From Clostridiaceae bacterium (GTDB lineage Bacteria > Bacillota > Clostridia > Oscillospirales > Acutalibacteraceae), in contig JAEDNG010000001.1 of the NCBI GenBank assembly GCA_016302625.1, forward strand, positions 1-25,808: a DNA stretch of 25,808 nt, written 5' to 3'. The translations under genes were made by a program, and so were the position numbers. The notes under the pieces are model-generated. The model was given only the letters and a program-made list of their open reading frames with translations. It was not told the origin of the DNA and ran no database searches. This document shows positions 8,443 through 17,487 of the stretch, one piece after another; within the stretch, counting starts at the first letter, position 1, and each line of letters starts with the position of its first letter.

Positions 8443-10287
8443 ATGGACGAGAAGGAATTTGAAAGACTGCTTTTATCGGTGCAGAAGCCGGGGAGATACT
8501 CAGGCGGCGAGATAAACAGCGTTATAAAGGACAAGACACAGGTGGACGTGCGGTTTGCGTTCTGCTTTCCGGATACTTATGAGATAGGTATGTCGCACCT
8601 TGGTATGAAGATACTGTATTCACAGTTCAACAGCCGCGACGACATTTGGTGCGAGCGGGTTTTCGCGCCGTGGGTGGATTTTGAGGAGGTTATGCGGAAA
8701 AATAACATTCCGCTTTTTGCGCTTGAAAGCCGCGACAGTATTAAGGATTTTGATTTTATCGGCTTTACCCTCCAGTATGAAATGTGCTATACAAACGTGC
8801 TTAATATGCTTGACCTTGCGGGGCTTCCCGTAAGGAGTGCGGACAGGCAGGCGCTTTCTCCCCTTGTTGTGGCGGGAGGACCCTGCTGCTGCAATGCGGA
8901 GCCGCTTGCCGATTTTGTCGACCTGTTCTTTTTGGGCGAGGGCGAGGAGGTCGATTTGGAGGTTATCGACCTTTATAAGGAATTTAAGAAAAAGGGCGGC
9001 AGTAAGCAGGATTTCCTCCGCGCCGCCGCTGAAATAGAGGGGGTTTACGTTCCCTCACTTTATGATGCAGAATACAATGAGGACAGCACTGTAAAAGCCG
9101 TAATGCCTAAAGACGGCGCGCCGAAAACTGTTAAAAAGCGGATTATAAAGGACATGGATACGGTTTTTTACCCCGATAAATTTGTCGTACCCTTTATTGA
9201 AATTGTGCATGACCGCGCCGTGCAGGAAATATTCCGCGGCTGTATACGCGGCTGCCGATTTTGTCAGGCGGGCTTTATCTACCGACCGGTAAGAGAAAAA
9301 AGCGCAGATACGATAAACCGTCAGGCAAGGGCGCTATGCGATAATACCGGCTATGATGAAATTTCGGTCTCGTCACTTAGCACCAGCGACTACACCGAGC
9401 TTGAACCGCTTCTTAATAAAATGCTCTGCTGGACGGAAAAAGAGCATATAAGCCTTGCCTTGCCCTCTTTGCGGGTGGATAACTTTTCAAAAGAGCTGCT
9501 CGAAAAAATCAACCACGTAAGAAAAAGCGGACTCACCTTCGCGCCTGAGGCAGGAACGCAACGACTTCGTGACGTAATAAACAAAAACGTCACCGAGGAG
9601 GAGATTTTCCGCACCTGCAGAACTGCCTTTGAGGGCGGATATACCGCGGTCAAGCTTTATTTTATGTTGGGGTTACCGACCGAAACCGACGAGGATTTAA
9701 AGGGTATCGCCGATTTAGGCAGCAGAATAATCGACTTGTTTTACAGTCTGCCCGACAGACCTAAGGGAAAAGCCCCGTCTGTATCAATAAGCGTTTCCAC
9801 CTTTGTGCCGAAGCCCTTTACTCCATTCGAGTTTGAGCCGCAGATTGATAAGGCGGAAATTGAGCGCAGACAGCTTTATTTAAAGCAGTGCAACACAAAC
9901 CGCAAGGTAAGTATCAGCTGGCACGATTCCGCAACCAGTCTTTTGGAGGGCGCGTTCGCGCGGGGAGACAGACGTTTGGGACAGGTTATTGAAAAAGCTT
10001 TTAAAAAGGGCTGTAAATTTGATAGCTGGAACGAGTGCTTTAAGCCCGAGCTTTGGGAAGAAGCGTTCGCCGAATGCGGTCTTTCACCCGAATTTTACGC
10101 CGGAAGAACAAGGGATTATACTGAAGTCAATCCTTGGGATCACCTCGATTACGGCGTGACAAAAAAATTCTTAATAGCTGAAAACGAGCGCGCGCACAAG
10201 GCGCAAACCACGCCTAACTGCCGCGAAAAATGCGCCGGCTGCGGCGCGGCGTGCTACGGGGAGGGTGTCTGCTTTGAAAAACGTTAG
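8443..10287 (+). CDS. TIGR03960-family B12-binding-like radical SAM protein
   Basis: VQKPGRYSGGE, FPDTYEIGMSHLG, RGCIRGCRFCQAG, FAPEAGTQRLR, C-terminal CREKCAGCGAAC. Confidence 0.92.
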   Translation: MDEKEFERLLLSVQKPGRYSGGEINSVIKDKTQVDVRFAFCFPDTYEIGMSHLGMKILYSQFNSRDDIWCERVFAPWVDFEEVMRKNNIPLFALESRDSIKDFDFIGFTLQYEMCYTNVLNMLDLAGLPVRSADRQALSPLVVAGGPCCCNAEPLADFVDLFFLGEGEEVDLEVIDLYKEFKKKGGSKQDFLRAAAEIEGVYVPSLYDAEYNEDSTVKAVMPKDGAPKTVKKRIIKDMDTVFYPDKFVVPFIEIVHDRAVQEIFRGCIRGCRFCQAGFIYRPVREKSADTINRQARALCDNTGYDEISVSSLSTSDYTELEPLLNKMLCWTEKEHISLALPSLRVDNFSKELLEKINHVRKSGLTFAPEAGTQRLRDVINKNVTEEEIFRTCRTAFEGGYTAVKLYFMLGLPTETDEDLKGIADLGSRIIDLFYSLPDRPKGKAPSVSISVSTFVPKPFTPFEFEPQIDKAEIERRQLYLKQCNTNRKVSISWHDSATSLLEGAFARGDRRLGQVIEKAFKKGCKFDSWNECFKPELWEEAFAECGLSPEFYAGRTRDYTEVNPWDHLDYGVTKKFLIAENERAHKAQTTPNCREKCAGCGAACYGEGVCFEKR

Positions 10288-10912
10288 AATTTTTTATACC
10301 AAAACCGGCAGAATGAAATTCGTCTCCCACCTTGATATGAACCGTCTTATGACCCGTATTATAAGAAAATCCGGTATACCCGTGTGGTATACCGAGGGCT
10401 TTAACTGCCATATTTACATAAATTACGCCGTGCCGCTTTCATTAGGCTTTGAGGGCGTTTATGAAATAATGGATATCCGCCTTACGGACGATTCCTATTC
10501 GCTTGACAAAATGCTTGAACGGCTTAACGCCGTATCGGTCGAGGGTATTGAGTTTCTAAAAGCCGCAGAGCCTGTACTCCCGACAAAGGACATAGCCTAC
10601 GCCGAATATGAGCTTACCTTCGACGAAAACGGCTTTTTTGACGATTTAAGAAGTTTTTTATCAAGGGACAGCGTAATCTGCCTTAAAAAAGACAAAAAGG
10701 GCAGAATGAAGGAGCTTGACATCATTCCCAAAATTAAGAAAAAGGAATTTGACGGAAAACAAATTCATCTTACCCTTTCAGCAGGTAACGAGGGGAATTT
10801 AAACCCCGCGCTTATATTAAACAAATTTTTTATTGAGGCCGGAAGAGAACCACTTTTTTATTCGGTTAAGAGGCTTATGCTTTTTGACGGAGAGGGAAAA
10901 GAGTTTATTTAA
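10274..10912 (+). CDS. TIGR03936-family radical SAM-associated protein (DUF2344)
   Basis: KFVSHLD...IPVWYTEGFNCH...PLSLG signature; overlaps the TIGR03960-type stop; TTG 10274 follows GGAGG (GTG 10265 is the alternative). Confidence 0.88.
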   Translation: MKNVRIFYTKTGRMKFVSHLDMNRLMTRIIRKSGIPVWYTEGFNCHIYINYAVPLSLGFEGVYEIMDIRLTDDSYSLDKMLERLNAVSVEGIEFLKAAEPVLPTKDIAYAEYELTFDENGFFDDLRSFLSRDSVICLKKDKKGRMKELDIIPKIKKKEFDGKQIHLTLSAGNEGNLNPALILNKFFIEAGREPLFYSVKRLMLFDGEGKEFI

Positions 10913-10917
10913 TTTTC

Positions 10918-12399
10918 TTATGCGGTATTATTATGCGGTGCGTCCGCCTCAAACCAGAAACAAACGCCGGTGTCGGTATTGTAAACCCCGCACTGGTGGG
11001 AATGAAGCTTCATAATAGCCGTCACGATGGAAAGTCCCAGTCCGAAGCGGCTGCTTTCTCGCTTGTGGGACTTGTCGCCGCGGAAAAAGCTTTGCCATAT
11101 TTGCGGCATGATTTTCTCGTCAATATGACTGCCTGTGTTAAATACCGAAATTCTGACCGTGCCGCCTGAAATACTGCTTTCGACCGTGACAAGTCCGCCG
11201 TCGGGAGCATGTGAGGCGGCATTTTCAAGATATGCCTTTAAAACCTGCTCTATTTGGAGCGGGTCGGCGTAAATTTCGGTGTCGGGAGGTATTTCGTTTG
11301 AATATTCGATATTTTTTCCGGCAAAAACTCGGCTCATCATATCTCCGCAAAGCTGGGAAATATTAAAATTATTAAGACTCAGCGGAATTTGCCCCGATTC
11401 ATACCGCGAAAGCTCTAAAATACTAAGCACCAGACGGTTCATTCTGCGGCTCTCGTCGATAATGATATTGCAGTATTCCTCTTTGGATTCGGCGTTCACG
11501 TTAAGCTTAAGCCCCTCGGCATAGCCGCTTATTATCGAAATAGGAGTTTTAAGCTCGTGCGATACATTTGCGACAAAGCCGCGGCGCATAACGTCGAGCT
11601 GACGTTCAAGCTCAATATCGCTTTGAAGCTTCGCGTTGGTTTCCTTTAAATCGGTAAGCGCCGTATTTAAGGAGGCGGAAAGCTCGTTTACAGAGTTTGC
11701 CAGCTGTCCGATTTCATCCTGACGGTTGACAATGAGCTTCCGTTCAAAGTTAAGCTTTGCCATATCCTTTGTGATTTCGTTCATTTCGGCAATCGGCTGA
11801 GAAAACTGACGGGCAAAAATCAGCACCCAGATTATCGACAGTAAAAAGCAGATGACCGATATTATAATTATAAATTCGTTCGCGATCGCCGCGGAGTTTG
11901 AAATGAGCTGCTTTTGTATTCTTACCTCTGCGAACAGGTTGTCCTCAATTTGCTTGCGGCAAAGCAGGTATTCGCTTTTATCGAATTTGCGGACGGCGGT
12001 CTCAAATACTACTCCGTCGCTTAGCGTTTCGGTCTTTGTGGGGGTCATTTCCTCGTGCGTCATGACAAATTTATCGTTTTTAAGCGAGAAATAATCCATC
12101 ATCTGACCGCCGTGGGTGGTGTAAAGTATACGCCCCGACGAGGTATATATCTCAACGTCGAAATTGTATTTTTCGTTTATTTCCGAAACGGTTTTTATCA
12201 CCGCTGAGGCATCGTCAAAATCAAGATCGTCTACAACCTCTAACTGCTCTTTAAGAGCGGTTTTTTCTTTTGCGCTGAAAAAGCTTACCAGAAACGTCAC
12301 GTTAGAAAGGGCGAGCACAAGCACGAAAACCGCGAAAATAGCGGCGATGCTGACAAAAATATTAAACCACAGCTTCTTTTTAAGGGCTTTAAACTTCAA
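10918..12399 (-). CDS. Membrane sensor histidine kinase (2 TM, HAMP, HisKA, HATPase)
   Basis: H-box VSHELKTPI, HAMP QDEIGQLANSVN, G2 GLGLSIV; overlaps the response regulator's stop. Confidence 0.95.
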   Translation of the reverse strand: MKFKALKKKLWFNIFVSIAAIFAVFVLVLALSNVTFLVSFFSAKEKTALKEQLEVVDDLDFDDASAVIKTVSEINEKYNFDVEIYTSSGRILYTTHGGQMMDYFSLKNDKFVMTHEEMTPTKTETLSDGVVFETAVRKFDKSEYLLCRKQIEDNLFAEVRIQKQLISNSAAIANEFIIIISVICFLLSIIWVLIFARQFSQPIAEMNEITKDMAKLNFERKLIVNRQDEIGQLANSVNELSASLNTALTDLKETNAKLQSDIELERQLDVMRRGFVANVSHELKTPISIISGYAEGLKLNVNAESKEEYCNIIIDESRRMNRLVLSILELSRYESGQIPLSLNNFNISQLCGDMMSRVFAGKNIEYSNEIPPDTEIYADPLQIEQVLKAYLENAASHAPDGGLVTVESSISGGTVRISVFNTGSHIDEKIMPQIWQSFFRGDKSHKRESSRFGLGLSIVTAIMKLHSHQCGVYNTDTGVCFWFEADAPHNNTA

Positions 12400-13066
12400 G
12401 CTTATACCCCATTCCGTAAATGGTTTTCAAATGAGACGAGCCGTAATCTCCGAGCTTTGTGCGAAGCCGCGCAATGTGCGAATCGACCGTTCTCGAATCC
12501 CCCAAATAATCGTAGCCCCATATGGCGTTTAACAGCTGGTCGCGGGTCAGCACTCTGCCCGCGTTTTCGTAGAGATATGAAAGCAGTTCAAATTCTTTAA
12601 GGGTAAGCTCCAAGGGACTGCCGTCTACAAAAGCCGTAAAAGCGTTATTGTCTATAACAAGACCTTTTTTTACTTCCTCACCCGAAAGCGGTTTTCCCGA
12701 ACTGCGCTTTAAAAGCGCGTCGACCCGCTTTACGAGCACCGCCGGCGAAAAAGGCTTTGTCACATATTCGTCTATTCCCGATTCAAAGCCGGTAAGCAGG
12801 TCGAATTCCTCCGCGCGGGCGGAGAGCATAATAATCGGCAAATCGCTTGTTTTTCTGATTTCCCTTGTAAGCGCCCATCCGTCTATTTCGGGCATCATGA
12901 TATCAATAATCGCAAGGTCAATGTCGGAATGTGCATTAAATATATCAAGAGCCTGTCTGCCGTCCGCCGCAGAGAGCACCTCATAGCCGGAGGCGGTTAA
13001 AAAGTCGGAGACCAGCTTTACTATCCTTTCCTCATCGTCGGCAATAAGTATTTTCTTCTTTTCCAT
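12389..13066 (-). CDS. OmpR/PhoB-family response regulator
   Basis: ILIADDE, IDIMMP, KPFS receiver motifs; winged-helix LTLKEFELL, RTVDSHIARLRTKL, TIYGMGYKL; RBS GGAGG. Confidence 0.96.
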   Translation of the reverse strand: MEKKKILIADDEERIVKLVSDFLTASGYEVLSAADGRQALDIFNAHSDIDLAIIDIMMPEIDGWALTREIRKTSDLPIIMLSARAEEFDLLTGFESGIDEYVTKPFSPAVLVKRVDALLKRSSGKPLSGEEVKKGLVIDNNAFTAFVDGSPLELTLKEFELLSYLYENAGRVLTRDQLLNAIWGYDYLGDSRTVDSHIARLRTKLGDYGSSHLKTIYGMGYKLEV

Positions 13067-13100
13067 TACCGTTCCTCCGTATATATTTGTCTTTTATATT

Positions 13101-13143
13101 ACTATAAAATAAATATTTACGGATTTTATTAATAATCTGTAAA
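13101..13143 (-). promoter_or_regulatory. Putative OmpR/PhoP-type direct-repeat box plus -10 upstream of the two-component operon
   Basis: Minus strand TTTACA-N5-TTAATA-N5-CGTAAA (11-bp period), 9 nt, TATAGT; no good -35. Confidence 0.4.
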
Positions 13144-13153
13144 CTTGTTGTGC

Positions 13154-14116
13154 TTAAGAGACCTTTTCCACCTTACAGCCGGTGTAATAGCAGGTGAGAA
13201 TTTCTCTGAAATCGCTGCCCTGCTTTGCCATGTAATTGGCTCCGTATTGGCTCATGCCCACGCCGTGACCGTAGCCGTAAACCGTAAATATAAAGCTTCC
13301 GTCAGAGTATTTTACCTCGAAATTTGATGAACGAAGCTCAAAAATACTCCGTATGCGAGAGCCTTTTAGTTCTGTGCCGCAGACCGTAACTGTCTTTACC
13401 GTTCCCGAATCTGTGCGCACGGGTTTTCCGAAATAGCCGGACGGGTCTCCGCTTAAGGTACATTCGCCCGACAGCTTATCCGAAAGCTGCTTAGCCGTTA
13501 CGGTGACGGTGGAAATATAATCGGGCGACAGCTTATCGCCAAGGCTCGCCACGGGCTTTAAATAGGCAAGCTCATTTCCCCATACGTTTTTGCAGTCCTC
13601 GGTTTTGCCGAAGGAAATCGCGTGATAAACCGCTAAAATCGGCTTGCCGTCATATGTTATCATATATTTTTCGGTTTCGCTTATCGCGTCTTTAAGCTTC
13701 TTACAGTATTCGTCGGCTTTTTCGCCCCAGCGCTCCCGCGCTTTTTCCTCGGTTATAAAGCTTTGGTCGGTTGTGTGGTCGGTGGTAAGGTCATAGCTTT
13801 TGTCACTGTTTTCCGCCTTTCGGTAGCAGGCAAAGGTGTATGCGGCTACAGCCTGCGCCTTCAAAGCCTCCGGTTCGTAAAGCGCCGGCATTTCGGCGGC
13901 AAGCACCCCGAAAATATAGTCCTCGGTCTTCATTTCGGTTACAACGTCGGTCTCGGTATCGCAGATGCGGAAAGCTTCGGATACTGCTTTTGCGGCTTTC
14001 GGTATCTGAAGCTTTGCTGACGCCGCGGCGGCGGTCTGAGGCTTTTTCATTACCGCGAGCGGAAGAATAAGCATTACAGATAAAATAATCAGCGCCGAAC
14101 AGAGAATTTTTTTCAT
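13154..14116 (-). CDS. spoIID: Stage II sporulation protein D (lytic transglycosylase)
   Basis: N-terminal TM, EDYIFGVLAAEMPA (catalytic Glu), EALKAQAVAA, GYGHGVGMSQYGANYMAKQG. Confidence 0.93.
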   Translation of the reverse strand: MKKILCSALIILSVMLILPLAVMKKPQTAAAASAKLQIPKAAKAVSEAFRICDTETDVVTEMKTEDYIFGVLAAEMPALYEPEALKAQAVAAYTFACYRKAENSDKSYDLTTDHTTDQSFITEEKARERWGEKADEYCKKLKDAISETEKYMITYDGKPILAVYHAISFGKTEDCKNVWGNELAYLKPVASLGDKLSPDYISTVTVTAKQLSDKLSGECTLSGDPSGYFGKPVRTDSGTVKTVTVCGTELKGSRIRSIFELRSSNFEVKYSDGSFIFTVYGYGHGVGMSQYGANYMAKQGSDFREILTCYYTGCKVEKVS

Positions 14117-14145
14117 GTTTGTACCTCATTTATGTTATATTATTG

Positions 14146-14174
14146 TTGACTTTTGGGTCACTTGGGGCTAAAAT
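14146..14174 (+). promoter_or_regulatory. SigA-type promoter for the membrane protein gene
   Basis: TTGACT, 17 nt, TAAAAT. Confidence 0.6.
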
Positions 14175-14242
14175 TAATTAGACATTATATAATTAATTTA
14201 TGTCCGCTTTTTTTATTTAATGTGTGTTTCGGAGTGTAAAAG

Positions 14243-15079
14243 ATGAAATATAAAAAAATAGTGCTGTTTTTCGGTATCGCGTTGCCGGCAAGTATTTTAA
14301 TGCGTATATTAGAACTTTATTTTACTGTTGATACTAAGACAGGCTTTTTTAAACCGGAATATAAGAGCATGGGCTATTATCTGCTTATTCTTATAATAGC
14401 GTTTTGTGCCGTCACGGCGATTCTCTGCTTTACCTCGCACCGCAATCCCGAGCATCCTCCGCGTAAAAATCCGGTTTTGGCGGCGGCGTCTTTTTTGATG
14501 GCGGCGGGCTTAGGGTTAGAGCTTTTTGCCGAATCCTTTGCCGGAACGGTTATGAAATGGCAGACTTCACTTCTTATGGCGGCGGGGCTTGCTTCAATAG
14601 CTTACTTTATTGCTTTCGGTGTCGGAATGTTTACCGATATCAAAATCCCGCCCGTTTGCACCGCGGTTCCGGCTGTGTATTTTATAGCGAGAATAATCTG
14701 TTCTTTTACCGCGATTTCTTCTCTTGCGCTTATAACCGATAATGTGCTTATGCTGGCGGCATACTGCGTCGCGCTGCTTTTCTTCCTATGCTTCGGAAAG
14801 CTTTATAACAAAATTGACGTTGATTACAATTTCAGAAAGCTGATGGCGTCGGGACTTTCTTCTGTTATTCTTTGCTTTACCCAGTCTATCCCGCATATAA
14901 TAATCAATATCACGACCGGGAACGGATATCTTCATACCTCGAATTCCTCTAATATCTCGCTTCTTATAACGGGAATATTTATCGGTGTGTTTACCTTTTC
15001 ACATTTTTCTTTTAATAACGTCGCCGTAAGGCGAACCCGCAAAACAGAAAATTCGGACGGACAGCAGTTATATATATAA
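14243..15079 (+). CDS. Hypothetical polytopic membrane protein (about 8 TM)
   Basis: 278-aa ORF, RBS GGAG, repeated hydrophobic segments; no family recognised. Confidence 0.8.
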   Translation: MKYKKIVLFFGIALPASILMRILELYFTVDTKTGFFKPEYKSMGYYLLILIIAFCAVTAILCFTSHRNPEHPPRKNPVLAAASFLMAAGLGLELFAESFAGTVMKWQTSLLMAAGLASIAYFIAFGVGMFTDIKIPPVCTAVPAVYFIARIICSFTAISSLALITDNVLMLAAYCVALLFFLCFGKLYNKIDVDYNFRKLMASGLSSVILCFTQSIPHIIINITTGNGYLHTSNSSNISLLITGIFIGVFTFSHFSFNNVAVRRTRKTENSDGQQLYI

Positions 15080-15088
15080 AAGAGTTTT

Positions 15089-15118
15089 AAATAAGCGGTC
15101 TGACCGCTTATTTCTTTA
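15089..15118 (+). terminator. Terminator-like inverted repeat (or operator) just before trmB
   Basis: AAATAAGCGGTC-T-GACCGCTTATTT perfect 12-bp inverted repeat followed by CTTT. Confidence 0.6.
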
Positions 15119-15131
15119 TGTGGTGATTGAA

Positions 15132-15818
15132 ATGAGAATGAGAAAAAAGAAGCATTTGGAGGAACGCCTCAAAAATGTTTCGGAATATCTGTTTATAAGC
15201 GATATTGAGGACAGGAATTTTAACACGGCGGTTAAGGCTCCCGAATATATCGATTTTGACGGCTGGTTTGATAGAACAGCTCCGTATATGCTTGAAATAG
15301 GCTGCGGAAAGGGCGGCTTTGCGGTCGAATATGCAAGACGAAATCCTGATATCAACCTTATTGCGGTCGAAAAGGACGCAAACGTTATCGTTGCGGCATG
15401 CGAAAAAGCCAAAGCGGAGGAAATAAAAAATCTGCGCTTTTTAAAATGCAGTGCGGAATATCTGCCGAAGTATATAAAGCCCCATACTGTCGAGCGTATT
15501 TTCCTTAATTTCAGCTGTCCGTTTCCCAAAAATAAATACGCGTCCCACAGACTTACTCACCCTAAGTTTTTGAAAATCTACAGGGAAATAATGAAAACCG
15601 GAGCGGAAATTCATCAGAAAACCGACAATATGGGGCTTTTTGAGTTTTCGGTTGAAAGTTTAAGCGGCGGCGGATTTGCCCTTAAAAACGTGTCGCTTGA
15701 TTTACATAACAGCGGCTTTGAGGGAAATATAGAAACCGAGTACGAGCATAAATTCGCATCGGTGGGACTGCCGATTTATCGGCTTGAAGCCTATATTCCG
15801 ATAATAAAGGAAGAATGA
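15132..15818 (+). CDS. trmB: tRNA (guanine-N7)-methyltransferase TrmB (variant active-site loop)
   Basis: MRMRKKK start, LEIGCGKGGF SAM motif, KTDN, TEYEHKF; loop reads FLNFSCPFPK. Confidence 0.9.
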   Translation: MRMRKKKHLEERLKNVSEYLFISDIEDRNFNTAVKAPEYIDFDGWFDRTAPYMLEIGCGKGGFAVEYARRNPDINLIAVEKDANVIVAACEKAKAEEIKNLRFLKCSAEYLPKYIKPHTVERIFLNFSCPFPKNKYASHRLTHPKFLKIYREIMKTGAEIHQKTDNMGLFEFSVESLSGGGFALKNVSLDLHNSGFEGNIETEYEHKFASVGLPIYRLEAYIPIIKEE

Positions 15819-15819
15819 T

Positions 15820-16539
15820 ATGACAGATTTTCATATTGAGGAAATCGCCGGCAAATGTGAGGAATTCGGCGTTAATATCGACAAAGAGGCCTCCGAACGT
15901 CTTAATTTGTACGGCAATCTGCTGCTTGAATGGAACGGTAAAATAAATCTTACCGCCATAACCGAGCCGCGCGAGGTGCTTTACAAGCATTTTTACGACT
16001 GTATTTTGTTTCTAAAACATATCGAAGTAAAGCAAAACGCATCGCTTGTCGATGTCGGAACGGGAGCGGGCTTTCCGGGAACGGTGCTTAAAATCGTCCG
16101 CCCCGACATTGAGGTTACCTTGCTTGACAGTCTTAATAAACGGCTTGTTTTTTTAAACGAAGTCATAGCTAAGCTGGGGCTTGACAAAATCAGAACCGTG
16201 CATATGCGCGCGGAGGATGCGGGAAAATCAAAGGAACACCGTGAAAAATACGATATCGCCTGTGCAAGAGCGGTGGCGGCAATGCCGGTTTTAATGGAAT
16301 ACTGTGTGCCTCTTGTTAAAAAAGGCGGCCTTTTTGCCGCTATGAAGGGTCCGTCGGCCGAGGAAGAAGTAAGACTTTCTCTGAGCGCGGCAAGGCTGCT
16401 CGGAACGGAAAAACCTAATATTATATGCGAAACCCTGACCGGAAATGAGAAAAGAGCCTTTGTAACCGCAAAAAAAATATCGCAAACCCCGACAAAATAT
16501 CCCAGGAAACCCGCAGATATAACAAAACAGCCGCTTTAA
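15820..16539 (+). CDS. rsmG: 16S rRNA m7G527 methyltransferase RsmG (GidB)
   Basis: WNGKINLTAI, KHFYD, DVGTGAGFPG, LLDSLNKR, ARAVA, TPTKYPRK. Confidence 0.96.
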   Translation: MTDFHIEEIAGKCEEFGVNIDKEASERLNLYGNLLLEWNGKINLTAITEPREVLYKHFYDCILFLKHIEVKQNASLVDVGTGAGFPGTVLKIVRPDIEVTLLDSLNKRLVFLNEVIAKLGLDKIRTVHMRAEDAGKSKEHREKYDIACARAVAAMPVLMEYCVPLVKKGGLFAAMKGPSAEEEVRLSLSAARLLGTEKPNIICETLTGNEKRAFVTAKKISQTPTKYPRKPADITKQPL

Positions 16540-16556
16540 CGCGGCTGTTTTTGTTT
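16524..16556 (+). terminator. Rho-independent terminator overlapping the rsmG stop
   Basis: AAAACAGCCGC-TTTAAC-GCGGCTGTTTT followed by TGTTT. Confidence 0.8.
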
Positions 16557-16587
16557 AAAAAGAACGAATTTGCCCGATGTGTTTTTC

Positions 16588-16616
16588 TTTACAAACGGCA
16601 TAAAAAGCGTTAAATT
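16588..16616 (+). promoter_or_regulatory. Possible SigA-type promoter of noc
   Basis: TTTACA, 17 nt, TAAATT downstream of the rsmG terminator. Confidence 0.4.
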
Positions 16617-16650
16617 ATAAATGCAGACAGAAACAGTGAGGAGGAGTACG

Positions 16651-17487
16651 ATGTATACCATGTCTGATAAAAAGCTTATTATGCTAAAGCCTGCGGAGCT
16701 TAAAATATCTCCTAATCAGCCGCGCAAAAGCTTTGACGAATATGAGCTTAGGCTCCTGGCAGACAGTATACAGGCAAGCGGAATTATTCAGCCTTTAGCA
16801 GTAAGAAAGCTTAATGACGGCAGCTTCGAGCTTATCGCCGGAGAAAGACGGCTTAAGGCGGCAATGATGGCGGGACTAAGAAGAGTGCCCTGCATAGTAC
16901 ATAAGACCGACGACGAAACTGCGGCGCTTTATTCGATTATTGAAAACCTGCAAAGGAGCAATCTTACGGTTTTTGAGGAGTCTGAGGGAATAAACCGTCT
17001 GATTACGGAATACGGAATGTCCCAGTCCGAAGCTGCGGTAAGGCTCGGTATAGCGCAGTCAACCCTTTCAAACAAGCTGAGACTTTTAAAACTTAGTGAA
17101 AATATAAAAGATCGCATAGTATCGGCGCGGCTTACCGAACGCCACGCGAGGGCGCTTTTACGTCTGCCCGAGGAACGCAGGGAAGAGGCTCTCGATTATA
17201 TTATAGCGCAGGGACTTACCTTACAACAGACCGAGGAATATATTTTCAATCTTTTAAATCCCGCAAAGGAGGAAAACAAAAAACCGGAAGGACCGATAAG
17301 AAAAGCGGCGATAGGCGACGTGAGACTTTTCTCAAACAGCCTTTCTAAGCTGCTTTCAACCCTCCAGAATTCGGGTATTGACGCAAAATCAAGAAAATAC
17401 GAAACCGATAAATATATCGAGTTTAAGGTTCGTATTCAGAAAAATACCGTTGATGAAAACAGATACAAGCAGTTAAAAATCTGTTAG
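16651..17487 (+). CDS. noc: ParB-family nucleoid occlusion protein (Noc-like)
   Basis: PNQPRK, LIAGERR CTP box, IENLQR, HTH QSTLSNKLRLL, LTERHARALL; follows rsmG as noc does in Firmicutes; ATG 16651 after GAGGAGGAG. Confidence 0.8.
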   Translation: MYTMSDKKLIMLKPAELKISPNQPRKSFDEYELRLLADSIQASGIIQPLAVRKLNDGSFELIAGERRLKAAMMAGLRRVPCIVHKTDDETAALYSIIENLQRSNLTVFEESEGINRLITEYGMSQSEAAVRLGIAQSTLSNKLRLLKLSENIKDRIVSARLTERHARALLRLPEERREEALDYIIAQGLTLQQTEEYIFNLLNPAKEENKKPEGPIRKAAIGDVRLFSNSLSKLLSTLQNSGIDAKSRKYETDKYIEFKVRIQKNTVDENRYKQLKIC

